A stretch of 64,000 bases of DNA, taken from Dehalococcoidia bacterium (lineage in GTDB: Bacteria > Chloroflexota > Dehalococcoidia > GIF9 > AB-539-J10). This document shows positions 19,620-28,601 of the stretch, in pieces; position 1 is the stretch's first letter; every line of letters starts with the position of its first letter. The position numbers and the translations under genes were made by a program. Location of the stretch: contig JAXGQG010000004.1 in NCBI GenBank assembly GCA_040766535.1, positions 25,936 to 89,935 on the forward strand, written 5' to 3'. The notes beneath the pieces were generated by a model that was not told where the DNA came from, searched no databases, and saw only the letters and a list, made by a program, of their open reading frames with translations.

Positions 19620-19862
19620 GCTTCGAGAAGAACACCGCGGCGCGATAGCCGCATGTTGTCGTGCCCGGTGTCTGGTAGTCAGTAGACATGGATTCAGACA
19701 GCGATTCAGGCGACCGTAGCCCTGTAGCTCGCCCTGAGAGCGAGGGGCCGAAGCAGCGTCGTAGTGCCGCGCATCTCGGCGCAGACTATGTGGGCCGTCC
19801 ACGTGTGTGTGCGGGACGCGATAGGGCGCCATAGCGCGCCCGGTGAGGCGTTGTTCCTCGGT

Positions 19863-19889
19863 CGCCACCCTCGTCTCGACAGGGTGGCG
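19863..19889 (+). promoter_or_regulatory. terminator-like hairpin inside the mgtE 5' leader
   Basis: CGCCACCCT (19863-19871), 9-nt loop, AGGGTGGCG (19881-19889), followed by ATTCGTTTAT. About 50 nt before the mgtE start. Confidence 0.4.
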
Positions 19890-19939
19890 ATTCGTTTATG
19901 GGAGCGGGAGTCTGAGAACCCGACCGGAGGCTGAGTGGC

Positions 19940-21316
19940 ATGGAGACACTGGACGAGAGGACCTTCCAGGAGTTGATGGACTCGCGCAATTTGACCGCGC
20001 TCCGTGAACGCATGATGAGCATGGAGGCGCCTGCCGTCGCCCTGCTACTGGAGTCGGTGTCGGAGGACGAAATGGCTCTCGCCTTTCGCATCCTGCCCAA
20101 GGCACTCGCGGTCGATGTCTTCGATGAATTCGACGGGCCGACACAGCACCGGCTGCTTGAATCCATGGCGAACCGCACCGCAGGGCAGCTCCTGGAGGCG
20201 ATGTCGCCGGACGACCGGACGGAGTTGCTGGAGGAGGTTCCGGCCTCGGTCACGCGCAGACTCCTGGGATTGCTCTCTCCAGAGCAGAGACAGCTGACGC
20301 TCCAGTTGCTGGGCTACGAGGAAAACAGCGCGGGTCGTGAGATGACTCCGTACTTCGTAGACCTGCGCAGTACCATGACGGTCGCGCAGGCAATGGAACG
20401 GATTCGGAAGCTGGCGATGGACCGTGAGACCATCTATGAATGCTACGTCATCGATCCCCGGCGAAGGCTTGAGGGAACGGTCTCGCTGAAGGCGCTTGTG
20501 CTTGCGAGTCCCGACATGACTGTGGCCGATGTCACCCAGCCCAACCCCAGAAAGGTGGGCACCCACAGCGACCGAGAGGAAGCGGCGATGGTGTTGCGGG
20601 AGAACAGGCTGCTGGCCGTGCCGGTAGTTGATAGCGAGGAACGGCTGGTGGGCATCATCACGCAGGATGACGTGGCCGACATCATGGAGGAAGAGGTCAC
20701 TGAAGACATCTACCGCTTCGGTGCTGTTCAAGGCACGGAGCGTGGCTATTTCACCACGCGGGTATTCAACGTGGTCCGCCGCCGCATCTCCTGGCTGCTA
20801 CTGCTCCTTGTGGTCAACACCGCCACCGCGTCGATCATCGCCGGCCAGGAGCAGCTGCTTGCCGAAGTGGTGTTGCTGGCTGCTTTCATTCCGTTGCTCA
20901 TCGGTACGGGGGGCAATATCGGCGCCCAGTCAGCCACTGTTGTCATCAGAGGTCTTGCCACGGGAGAGATACGGCCACGCAGGGCACTGAGTATCGTCGG
21001 ACGTGAAGTCTGCGTTGGACTCCTGCTGGGAGTGACGCTCGGCTCCGCTGTACTGGCGTGGTCGTTCTGGCTGGGGCGGGACATGTCAGTGTCGCTCATT
21101 GTCGCGTTGACGCTGGTAGTTGTGGCAACGCTGAAGCAGGTTGGAAGTGCGCTGCCATTCGCTTTTCGCCTTTCGAGAGTTGACCCGGCACTCGTTTCCG
21201 CTCCGCTCGTGACAACGGTGATGGATATCTCCCACGTCGGCGTCTTCATGACCGCGGGTGCTTCTCTCCGCGGCTTTGAGGATCGGCCGGGAATGCCCAC
21301 GGCGATGACACGGTGA
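19940..21316 (+). CDS. mgtE: magnesium transporter MgtE
   Basis: Track ORF, 458 aa. N-domain, tandem CBS region (MTPYFVDLRSTMTVAQAMERIR...LLAVPVVDSEERLVGIITQDDVADIMEEE) and a TM domain with FIPLLIGTGGNIGAQSATVVIRGLATGEI. Confidence 0.9.
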   Translation: METLDERTFQELMDSRNLTALRERMMSMEAPAVALLLESVSEDEMALAFRILPKALAVDVFDEFDGPTQHRLLESMANRTAGQLLEAMSPDDRTELLEEVPASVTRRLLGLLSPEQRQLTLQLLGYEENSAGREMTPYFVDLRSTMTVAQAMERIRKLAMDRETIYECYVIDPRRRLEGTVSLKALVLASPDMTVADVTQPNPRKVGTHSDREEAAMVLRENRLLAVPVVDSEERLVGIITQDDVADIMEEEVTEDIYRFGAVQGTERGYFTTRVFNVVRRRISWLLLLLVVNTATASIIAGQEQLLAEVVLLAAFIPLLIGTGGNIGAQSATVVIRGLATGEIRPRRALSIVGREVCVGLLLGVTLGSAVLAWSFWLGRDMSVSLIVALTLVVVATLKQVGSALPFAFRLSRVDPALVSAPLVTTVMDISHVGVFMTAGASLRGFEDRPGMPTAMTR

Positions 21317-21319
21317 GGA

Positions 21320-22745
21320 GCGCACGAACAGCACGGCGAGCGCAAGGTGTCGCGCGCGCAGTGGCAGATACAGGTCGCGCCTCACGGGCGGTGCTCTCAT
21401 CGCACTGTAAGTAGTCACCCCATCAGGGCACGAAGGCGGCGCTTGCGGTCTGCGCATCCTCGATCTCGAGGTCGATGTAGCTCGAACCGGATACGCGCAC
21501 TGACGACGGCTCTCAGGGACGTGGCCCCGTGGAACTCGGGGTGGTAGACGGAATGGCGGATGATGGATTCGAAATCAACCAGCCGGCCGCGCAACCACTG
21601 TTCAGCGCCTCGGAGAGGTCAGCGTGCCGCCTCGCCAGTCCCGAATGACCCGCGCCTGGCACTGCGAGTAGATCACTATGCTTCCTTCGTTGCCCAGGTC
21701 CTGCAGCCGCTCGGTCATTTCTCGTGAGCCGTCTCGGTCGTGCGGGGCCAGGTACGCACGATGCATACGCATTGCCGGCTTGTCGCGGATACCGAGTACA
21801 GGAACGGCATCTGCTCGAATGGCGCATAGTCAGGGAGCAATGGGAGTGCGGTTCAACGGTCGAAATCGAGATAGTGAGTTGGCCATGATAGCGTTCAGCT
21901 CTGCGTTCAGGTCACCCGTGAGGACGACTTCATGTTCCTGACGCTCTCCATACCGCAGTCTGACGCTCCTTCAGCAGTGTCCGGTCCGGCACGTCCGTGA
22001 TCGCCCTGCAACCCATCTCGAGCATAGTCTCCAGTTGAGACGGCGTAACGTGGGGAAGCTCGAACACCGGATGCTTCAGGTCGGCTCCAAAGCAAGAGCG
22101 GAACAGAGGACAATGCCGGCAATGCGCTATGAGATGAGGCGTGGGTGGTTCGGCGCGGCGCGTCTCGACGTTGAGCGGCGGAAGCATGCGGGCGAACTCC
22201 CCCGCCCTCGCCGCCGTCGGAGTGGTAACGTCCTCCAGGTGGAAGAGTTCACGAGCCGGGCTTCCGGCGCGGTAGTCTCGCGCGACAAGTACCATCGAGG
22301 CGCGGCTCAACTGCACCCCAGCCTCATCCAGGACCATCCAGATGAACGCCATCTGGTCCACGGCCTCGTTTGTGAGGTGAGTCTGTGCCTTCACTTCGTA
22401 GAGGTGCCAGCTCTCGCCTTCGCGCGCGAGTATGTCCGCGCGGGCTCGGCATGTGCTGGTGCCGAATGCTGCCTCCAGAACCGCAGTCGTTGAGGCGAGG
22501 TCCATGAGGTCCTGAGTCTGCCAGCACGCGGCCTCGTATGCCTGCCGGGTCACCATCGCTGCCTCCGGGAACAGCGACCGCGCTCTACCGTGTACGTTCC
22601 GTTGCTCTTCGGCCAGGAACCGTTCCGCGAGAGTGCCCTGTCCAGGTGACAGCTCCACCGGCGGAGTAGCCAGCCGGCTGAACCATCCCAGCCGCGGACA
22701 GGCTACCGCGTTGAGAAACGACTGTCTTGAAAACCGAGTGGACAT
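21320..22745 (-). pseudogene. DUF2779-like PD-(D/E)xK nuclease gene: N-terminal half intact, C-terminal half decayed
   Basis: Track ORF 21930..22760 (start ATG 22745, MSTRFSRQSFLNAVACPRLGW...ADILAREGESWHLYEVKAQT...CRHCPLFRSC) stops at 21930. Downstream, family-like pieces appear in shifting frames with stops: HYLDFD, LPLLPDYAPFEQMPFLYSV, LGNEGSIVIYSQ, RLVDFESIIRHSVYHPEFHGATSL, SYIDLEIEDAQTASAAFV, ARDTL/ALAVLF. Confidence 0.65.
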
Positions 22746-22856
22746 CTCAAGCTCTCTCACTCTGCGCGTGGAAGCGGTGATACCTGATCCGGCGCGGCGG
22801 GCGACGCGAAGGCGCGAGTGCGAACGGGTGTCACCAGCGGTGAGTCCTCGCCGCCC

Positions 22857-23822
22857 TCACAGCCCGAATCTTGCCCCATTGGCTCGCACCTCGTGAATGA
22901 AATCCGGGACTATCTCGCCAAGTGTGCCGAAACGAGGTTGCCAGCCCCATTCGTGTCTGGCGCAGGAATCATCGAAGACCTCCATCTTCGCGCTGGCATA
23001 GTACTGCATGATAGCCGGGTCGGGACGATACGTCACTACTGCGTCAGAGATGTGGCCCCTCACAGCGGACTCCACCTCTTTCGCGCTGGGAGTCGGGGTC
23101 AGACCGCCTACGTTGTAGGTGAGCGTCTCTATGCCGTCGAGGGGCGCCTCCGCGAGCGTCAGCAGCGCGGTCACCGCGTCCTTGAAGTACATGCCGGGCC
23201 CTTTCGTTTCAGGTGTGACGAAGCACTCGAACGGCTTTCCCAACGCCGGGTACTCGATCATCCAGGAGTTGTACTGTGCGACGGTTCGCTGCGTTGTGCC
23301 GGGCCCGATAACGGAGGGGAAGCGTACCCCGCGGTAATCAAGGCCGAAGCGGCTCTTGTAGAACCTTCCGAGGCATTCGCCGTAGAGCTTGCCTGCTCCG
23401 TACATGGTGGCAGGACGCTGTATGGTGTGGTCTGTGGCCACCGCACCTGCCCCTATGCCGAATGTGCTGATGCTGCTGGTGAAGATGACCTGTGGTACCT
23501 CGAAGAGGCGGGCCGCCTCGAACACGTTCATCGTGCCCACCACATTCACCTGGAATGACGCCCACGGATCGGACTGCGAAGGAGAACTGAGCATGGACCC
23601 CAGGTGGTAGATGCGCTCGATGCGGCAGTCCTTTACCGCGTTGTTCACCTCGGCTGCGTAGGCAAGCGAGCCTCTGATGGCTGTGATGTCCTTCAAGATA
23701 TCCGCTACCCTCCCCAGGTTCGATGATGGACCGAACGTCACCACATCGTGTCCTTCATTGAGCAGGGCGCGTACGAGTTCGGCGCCGATGTAGCCGGTGC
23801 CGCCAGTCACGAGGATTCTCAC
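22857..23822 (-). CDS. NAD-dependent epimerase/dehydratase family protein (L-threonine 3-dehydrogenase-like)
   Basis: Track ORF. MRILVTGGTGYIGAELV Rossmann motif and the YGAGK catalytic motif. Confidence 0.85.
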   Translation of the reverse strand: MRILVTGGTGYIGAELVRALLNEGHDVVTFGPSSNLGRVADILKDITAIRGSLAYAAEVNNAVKDCRIERIYHLGSMLSSPSQSDPWASFQVNVVGTMNVFEAARLFEVPQVIFTSSISTFGIGAGAVATDHTIQRPATMYGAGKLYGECLGRFYKSRFGLDYRGVRFPSVIGPGTTQRTVAQYNSWMIEYPALGKPFECFVTPETKGPGMYFKDAVTALLTLAEAPLDGIETLTYNVGGLTPTPSAKEVESAVRGHISDAVVTYRPDPAIMQYYASAKMEVFDDSCARHEWGWQPRFGTLGEIVPDFIHEVRANGARFGL

Positions 23823-23997
23823 CTGTCAGTTCCCCCTCTTGTGGAGCCTGCCTACCGGTCTCGACGGATGCAGCCGGATCTCAGTTCGCCGATGAGCCGC
23901 ATACGGCGAACCGATTATGCTCGCTACGGGTCGTCGGTGCAACGCGAGCGGGCCCCGGCTGGCAATGGCGTCCCGCACCGTTGTACCATACGTGTCC

Positions 23998-24738
23998 ATG
24001 AATGTGATTGCGCTGGATGCCAGCCCCCACGGGGAACAGGGCAACACGTCCCTCGTACTGGAACGGTTCGTCGCCGGTGCGATCGAAGCGGGGGCCAGCG
24101 TTGAACGGGTCTCACTGCGATCACTGAAAGTTGAGCCGTGTTGTTGCCGGATGGTCTGCTGGTACAAGACTCCCGGGTTTTGCATTCACAAGGATGATGC
24201 GACCGAGATCATCCAGCGAATGGCGCTTGCGGACGTGTGGGTGTTGTCCACCCCGGTGCACGTCGGAGGCATGACTGAACTCGCGGTGCGCTTCATGGAG
24301 CGGACGGTGATGCTCATGTCTCCGATGTTCGAGGTGCATGATGGTATCACTCGTCACGTCGGCCCACCGGATGACGGGAGAAAGGCGGTGGTGCTTGTGT
24401 CGACGTGCGGATACTACGAGGTGGCTGCATTCGACTCGCTGGTCGCACAGGTGCGCGATCTGACCCGCTCTCATCACCGCCGTTTTGCGGGGGCGTTGCT
24501 GCGGCCCCACGGTCTGGCGCTCAAATTCATGCAGGCGAATGGCGTCGATGTTCGCGACGTACTTGATGCGGTCCAGCGCGCCGGCGGAGAACTCGTTCGA
24601 ACCGGAGGACTGAGCGACGAGGCACTCCGGGCCGTTCGTCGCCCGCTGATGCCGCAGGGTGATTTTGTTGCGCTGATGAACAGCGCCTTTGAGCGGCGAA
24701 TGGGTTGCCGTCCCGGGAACACTCCCGGCTGCGTGTGA
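23998..24738 (+). CDS. flavodoxin-like / NAD(P)H-dependent FMN reductase family protein (iron-sulfur flavoprotein-like)
   Basis: Track ORF 23917..24738; ATG 23998. MNVIALDASPHGEQGNTS...PCCCRMVCWYKTPGFCIHKDDATEIIQRMALADVWVLSTPVHVGGMT. Confidence 0.65.
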   Translation: MNVIALDASPHGEQGNTSLVLERFVAGAIEAGASVERVSLRSLKVEPCCCRMVCWYKTPGFCIHKDDATEIIQRMALADVWVLSTPVHVGGMTELAVRFMERTVMLMSPMFEVHDGITRHVGPPDDGRKAVVLVSTCGYYEVAAFDSLVAQVRDLTRSHHRRFAGALLRPHGLALKFMQANGVDVRDVLDAVQRAGGELVRTGGLSDEALRAVRRPLMPQGDFVALMNSAFERRMGCRPGNTPGCV

Positions 24739-24765
24739 ATGCCTTCCCGGCAGGGGTTATGTGAG

Positions 24766-25065
24766 ATGATACGAAGCAAAGGACATGTGGCCATCCTCCT
24801 CGTTCTCTGTGTGGCGTTTCTGGCTGGCTGTGGCACGGGCTCCGGTCAAATCGACGAGGCCTACTCGCGGGGTTACGCGGATGGCGTTGCCTCGCTCCAG
24901 GACCAGATCGCGCAGGGGGAGCAGGCCTATCAGGATGGCTACGAAGCCGGCCTCGCGGCGGCTGAGGAACAGCATGATGCTGACCTGTGTCAGTCGTGCT
25001 ACGGGCTCGGCTTCGCGGACGGCTATGAGTCGGGGTTGGCCGCCGAGAAACCGCCCGCGGGCTAG
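24766..25065 (+). CDS. small lipoprotein with GY-x-DG repeats
   Basis: Track ORF 24739..25065; ATG 24766. Lipobox FLAGC. Repeats RGYADGV / DGYEAGL / DGYESGL. Resembles 34124..34432. Confidence 0.55.
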   Translation: MIRSKGHVAILLVLCVAFLAGCGTGSGQIDEAYSRGYADGVASLQDQIAQGEQAYQDGYEAGLAAAEEQHDADLCQSCYGLGFADGYESGLAAEKPPAG

Positions 25066-25090
25066 CAGGCGTCGTGGACCCCAGTGATGG

Positions 25091-25528
25091 TTACTTGATC
25101 AGCCGGCTTTCGGCCTCTGCAAGTTCCCGTCTCGCCACTACCAGTTTGCGATACTTGGCCAGCAGCTTGTCCGCGCTTCCTGCCGCGGCTGCCTTGGCCA
25201 TATCGCCCTCTATCTCGGCCACATCGAGGCGCTGATAGTAGTCCAGAGACTCCTTGAAGTGGGCCATCACGATCTTCCCGGTGAGTATCGGGTGATTGTT
25301 CGTGACATTGGCGTCCGGAAAGACCACGCCATGCTCCAGTTCGACTTCAAGGCCGGACTTGAAGTCCGCGAGCGTGACCGGCATGTTGGTGACATTGACC
25401 TCGGCGAGTATCCTGGACGCCTCATCGCTCGTGACCTCGGGCTTCTTGAGCGTTGTCCAGTCGCGGATGCCCAGTTCCCTGCACACCCGTTTGACCTCAT
25501 CCACTGTGATGTACTCCGGCAGCTTCAT
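25091..25528 (-). CDS. conserved hypothetical protein with GLEVELEHG motif (DUF5661-like, from memory)
   Basis: Track ORF. Strong RBS GAAGGAGGAGGG. Motif FKSGLEVELEHG...NVTNNHP. Confidence 0.55.
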   Translation of the reverse strand: MKLPEYITVDEVKRVCRELGIRDWTTLKKPEVTSDEASRILAEVNVTNMPVTLADFKSGLEVELEHGVVFPDANVTNNHPILTGKIVMAHFKESLDYYQRLDVAEIEGDMAKAAAAGSADKLLAKYRKLVVARRELAEAESRLIK

Positions 25529-25687
25529 GAGCCCTCCTCCTTCTGCACGCGGTTTCGGTGTGCCGCCACATCATGATATCCCAAAACGGTGTGTCCTGAA
25601 GCAGGCTGCTGCTCGAGGGCGTTTCATGCTCCGGGGAGATTGAGCGTGTAATATCTGTGGGACGAAGCGCCGCAGAGGAGGGTCGCC

Positions 25688-26080
25688 ATGCCGGAACCGA
25701 TCGAGACACGTGCAACTGAAGAGGAGATGAAGCGGGTCAAGCGTTGCTGGGGATTGCCATCGATCCAGCTGGGCCCGGGGGCCGTGGCGCATCTCTTCGC
25801 CGCGAAGAACATGACGGTAAGCTTCATCTCACAGGAGCCGCACTGTTCCTTCAGAGTCCACAGCCACGAGCCCGAGGAGATTGTGATCGTTCTCGAAGGC
25901 GAGCGCGACGAGATTGTGGACGGCAAGCTGTACCGCATCACCGCGGGGGATATCATGACGGTGCCGTCCGGGTCCGCTCATGGCTCCTACACGCATGAGT
26001 CGGGCTGCAAGGTGATAGAGGTGTTCGCCCCGCCCCGCCTCGATCTGCTGGCACGGCTGCAGCCTTTGGAAGAGAAGTAG
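25688..26080 (+). CDS. cupin-domain protein
   Basis: Track ORF; RBS GGAGGG. HSHEPEEIVIVLEGE...GDIMTVPSGSAHG are the two cupin motifs. Confidence 0.75.
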   Translation: MPEPIETRATEEEMKRVKRCWGLPSIQLGPGAVAHLFAAKNMTVSFISQEPHCSFRVHSHEPEEIVIVLEGERDEIVDGKLYRITAGDIMTVPSGSAHGSYTHESGCKVIEVFAPPRLDLLARLQPLEEK

Positions 26081-26153
26081 CTGCTGCGAACGCGATTCGC
26101 GAGACCGGGACTACGGCTCGCTACCTGCTGACAGGGGTGATTGTCGGCCTCGC

Positions 26154-26654
26154 CTACTCGAGATCGGTTGAACTCCTTCGTCCCGTTACCTCTTCGAGGG
26201 CGAGCGTACAGATGACCACGGGCAGTGCCGAGAGGTCATCGTCTCCAGGCGGCTCGGCTCCGGAAAGAACGAAGAATGCGCGTTTCGCGTCGACTGAATC
26301 GCTCAGGGATGCGGAGCCGTAGCAGATGACCGAGCGCCAGCCGTGCTCGTTCACGTCATCAACTTCGAAACACGCTTGTGGATTTGCCTGAAGGTAGGTG
26401 GTCGTCTTGCCTTGCTTCCCGATGCAGAAATGGAGTGCCGCGCCGTCGTAGAAATGCGAAACCGGCACAACGTAGGGTTCGTTTTCAAAGGAGAGGGCCA
26501 GCCGTCCGTAGCGCGCCTCCCTCAGCAGCTGGTCGATCGCCTCCCGCGGCAATTCCTGGGTAGCCTCGTTTGCGTACACCACCTGCTGTTCCTCCTGGCC
26601 TGGTGAGTTTTGTTGAGAGGGACTCTTCGGGAACGGCCTATCGGCCACGATCAT
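26154..26654 (-). CDS. pyridoxamine 5'-phosphate oxidase-family (NimA-like) flavoprotein
   Basis: Track ORF. LLREARYGRLALSFENEPYVVPVSHFYDG.ALHFCIGKQGKTTTYLQANPQACFEVD. Confidence 0.75.
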   Translation of the reverse strand: MIVADRPFPKSPSQQNSPGQEEQQVVYANEATQELPREAIDQLLREARYGRLALSFENEPYVVPVSHFYDGAALHFCIGKQGKTTTYLQANPQACFEVDDVNEHGWRSVICYGSASLSDSVDAKRAFFVLSGAEPPGDDDLSALPVVICTLALEEVTGRRSSTDLE

Positions 26655-26720
26655 GGGACTTGCCGTCGTGTGTCACCTCTTGTGGGGAGCATGACATGAG
26701 GGAGGATCTTGATCGGACAG

Positions 26721-27086
26721 CTACCCCAGCCTCGCCACCTCACCGGTTACCCCGACTTTCTTGAAGACGTGTTCCTCGACTACATAGCGTCTTGTCTGCG
26801 GCTCATCGAGGAACTTCTCCTCGCTCTCTTTCATCGCCTGGGCCGCGTCGGAGTCACGCCATTCGATGTAGTCGTTGTACGCATCCATGTCCTCGAACCA
26901 CATCTCAGTTATGCCGTCGGCATCGTCCTCCGTGCCCGGGCCGATGACCGGATGGTTCTGCGTGTAGTGGAGCACGCCGGGAATATGTTCCACCGCCAGC
27001 GGGCCGTGCTTATCAAGCCAGTAGGAGAGGAACTGCTTGTTGCTGATGCCCTTCTTCCTGTACACGAGGGAGATGACCTTGATCAT
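26721..27086 (-). CDS. EthD-family protein, copy 1
   Basis: Track ORF 26721..27140; ATG 27086 after GAGGAGGA. MIKVISLVYRKKGISNKQFLSYWLDKHGPL...YTQNH...DGITEMWFEDMDAY. Confidence 0.8.
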   Translation of the reverse strand: MIKVISLVYRKKGISNKQFLSYWLDKHGPLAVEHIPGVLHYTQNHPVIGPGTEDDADGITEMWFEDMDAYNDYIEWRDSDAAQAMKESEEKFLDEPQTRRYVVEEHVFKKVGVTGEVARLG

Positions 27087-27391
27087 CCGACGCGAATCCT
27101 CCTCTGCCGCCATCGGCGGCACGGCACCATTGTAGCCCACATGACCCTGTCAGTGGCAAGACGGGGTTGCGACTGTCTGACCGCAGTGCGTCCTCGTCCC
27201 GTTCGTCCCCCTGCATCAGGCCGGTTCAGCGCCACGGCGCCTCTGCGCCTTTGCGCAGGGACGGGTATGAGATCCGGCGCTTCGCGGAATCGCTGTCTCA
27301 GGGGTTGAACGGCCTGGGCATCCAACTGATGTGCGTTTCCTGTGCCGGCCTCCGGGTAGAATCACGCGTTCGCGTCGGGCGCGGGATCGCT

Positions 27392-27772
27392 CTAGCCCCC
27401 GGAGTCGGGCAGTCCGGCCGCCGGATTCCACTGCCTGCCGGATGTCTCGAACTGATACTCGTGAACCACGAATCTGCGGGTCTTCTTGAAATCCTGGAAG
27501 CGGTCTTCGTCTTCCCGCAGTTCGCTTGCCTCGGCCGTATCACGCCACTCGAGGTATCTGCGCAGTTCATCCTCCGTCTCGAACCACATCTCGACGATGC
27601 CATCGGCGTCATATGCCAGTCCCGGCCATTGAACTGGATGATTCTGCACATAGCGTTTGGCGAACGGAATCATGCTGGTTACCAGCGGACCGTGCGTTTC
27701 TCGCCAGTGCCGGTAGAACTCCTCGTCGTTCAGTCCCTTCTTCCTGTAGACAAGTGAAATCAACTTGACCAT
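27392..27772 (-). CDS. EthD-family protein, copy 2
   Basis: Track ORF 27392..27844; ATG 27772. MVKLISLVYRKKGLNDEEFYRHWRETHGPL...YVQNH...DGIVEMWFETEDEL. Confidence 0.8.
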   Translation of the reverse strand: MVKLISLVYRKKGLNDEEFYRHWRETHGPLVTSMIPFAKRYVQNHPVQWPGLAYDADGIVEMWFETEDELRRYLEWRDTAEASELREDEDRFQDFKKTRRFVVHEYQFETSGRQWNPAAGLPDSGG

Positions 27773-27863
27773 CGCCGCGTGTCTCCCCGCATGGTTCGTT
27801 CTGACGTGCCGCACTTCATTGTACCGCGTCCCGCTTGGGTGCACGGAATCCCCGGAGTGGGCG

Positions 27864-28601
27864 CTACATGATCCACCGCCTGCGGATATTGTGCAGACTC
27901 AGGCCGAACAGGGCCGCGCAATAGGCGGCAAGAACCGCGAAGTCCAGTGGAAGAGGCAGCATGCTGCGGGCGCCGAATGCGCTGTGCAGCGCGTCCACGC
28001 CATACGTCAGCGGCAAAACGTAGGCGAGTGGCTGCAGGAATTCCGGCAGCATCGCGATCGGAAAGAAGAGCCCGCAGAGAAAGATCATCGGGAAGCGGAT
28101 GAAATTCGAGAAGGTCTGTGCCTCGAATACTTCGCTCACGGAGACTGCGATGAACAGTCCGAGGAACGTGGATGTCATCGCTATGAGCAGAACCGATGGG
28201 ATAAAGGTGCTCCAGTTGGCCCCCGAAGTGTCGGTGAAGACGCTGGCGAGTAGGACGGGGACGAACGCATTGATCACGCCAAACAGAATCGCGCCGGATG
28301 TCTTGGCCAGCATGAGCAGCTCAAGCGAGATTGGCGCCAGCAGCAGTCTCTCGAAAGAGCGCCCCTTCTTCTCGAAGGTAACGGTGACCGCGAGGACCGA
28401 TGTGGTCCCGAAGAGCACGGAAAGCGCCACCACTCCCGGAAGGATGGACATGATGCTCTCGATGCCGCCACCGGACCTTACGAAGAACATGCCTGTCCAT
28501 GCGAGCGGAAAGACGATGCCCCAGCTGATGTTGGGTGGCTTCAGGTAGTATGAGCGGATGTCTTTGAGCAGGATGTTCCAGAACGCGATGCGCCACATCA
28601 C
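27864..28601 (-). CDS. ABC-2 type transporter permease
   Basis: Track ORF. Six hydrophobic segments. 4-nt overlap with the upstream ATPase gene. Confidence 0.85.
   Translation of the reverse strand: MMWRIAFWNILLKDIRSYYLKPPNISWGIVFPLAWTGMFFVRSGGGIESIMSILPGVVALSVLFGTTSVLAVTVTFEKKGRSFERLLLAPISLELLMLAKTSGAILFGVINAFVPVLLASVFTDTSGANWSTFIPSVLLIAMTSTFLGLFIAVSVSEVFEAQTFSNFIRFPMIFLCGLFFPIAMLPEFLQPLAYVLPLTYGVDALHSAFGARSMLPLPLDFAVLAAYCAALFGLSLHNIRRRWIM

Noticed and set aside
19626-19939. Calling the mgtE leader an M-box (ykoK) riboswitch
   Set aside because: Only a GGTGAGGC-like element is visible. It lies too close to the start codon for a full M-box, and I could not find the conserved 3' elements. 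Kept only as an unclassified leader candidate pending cmscan.
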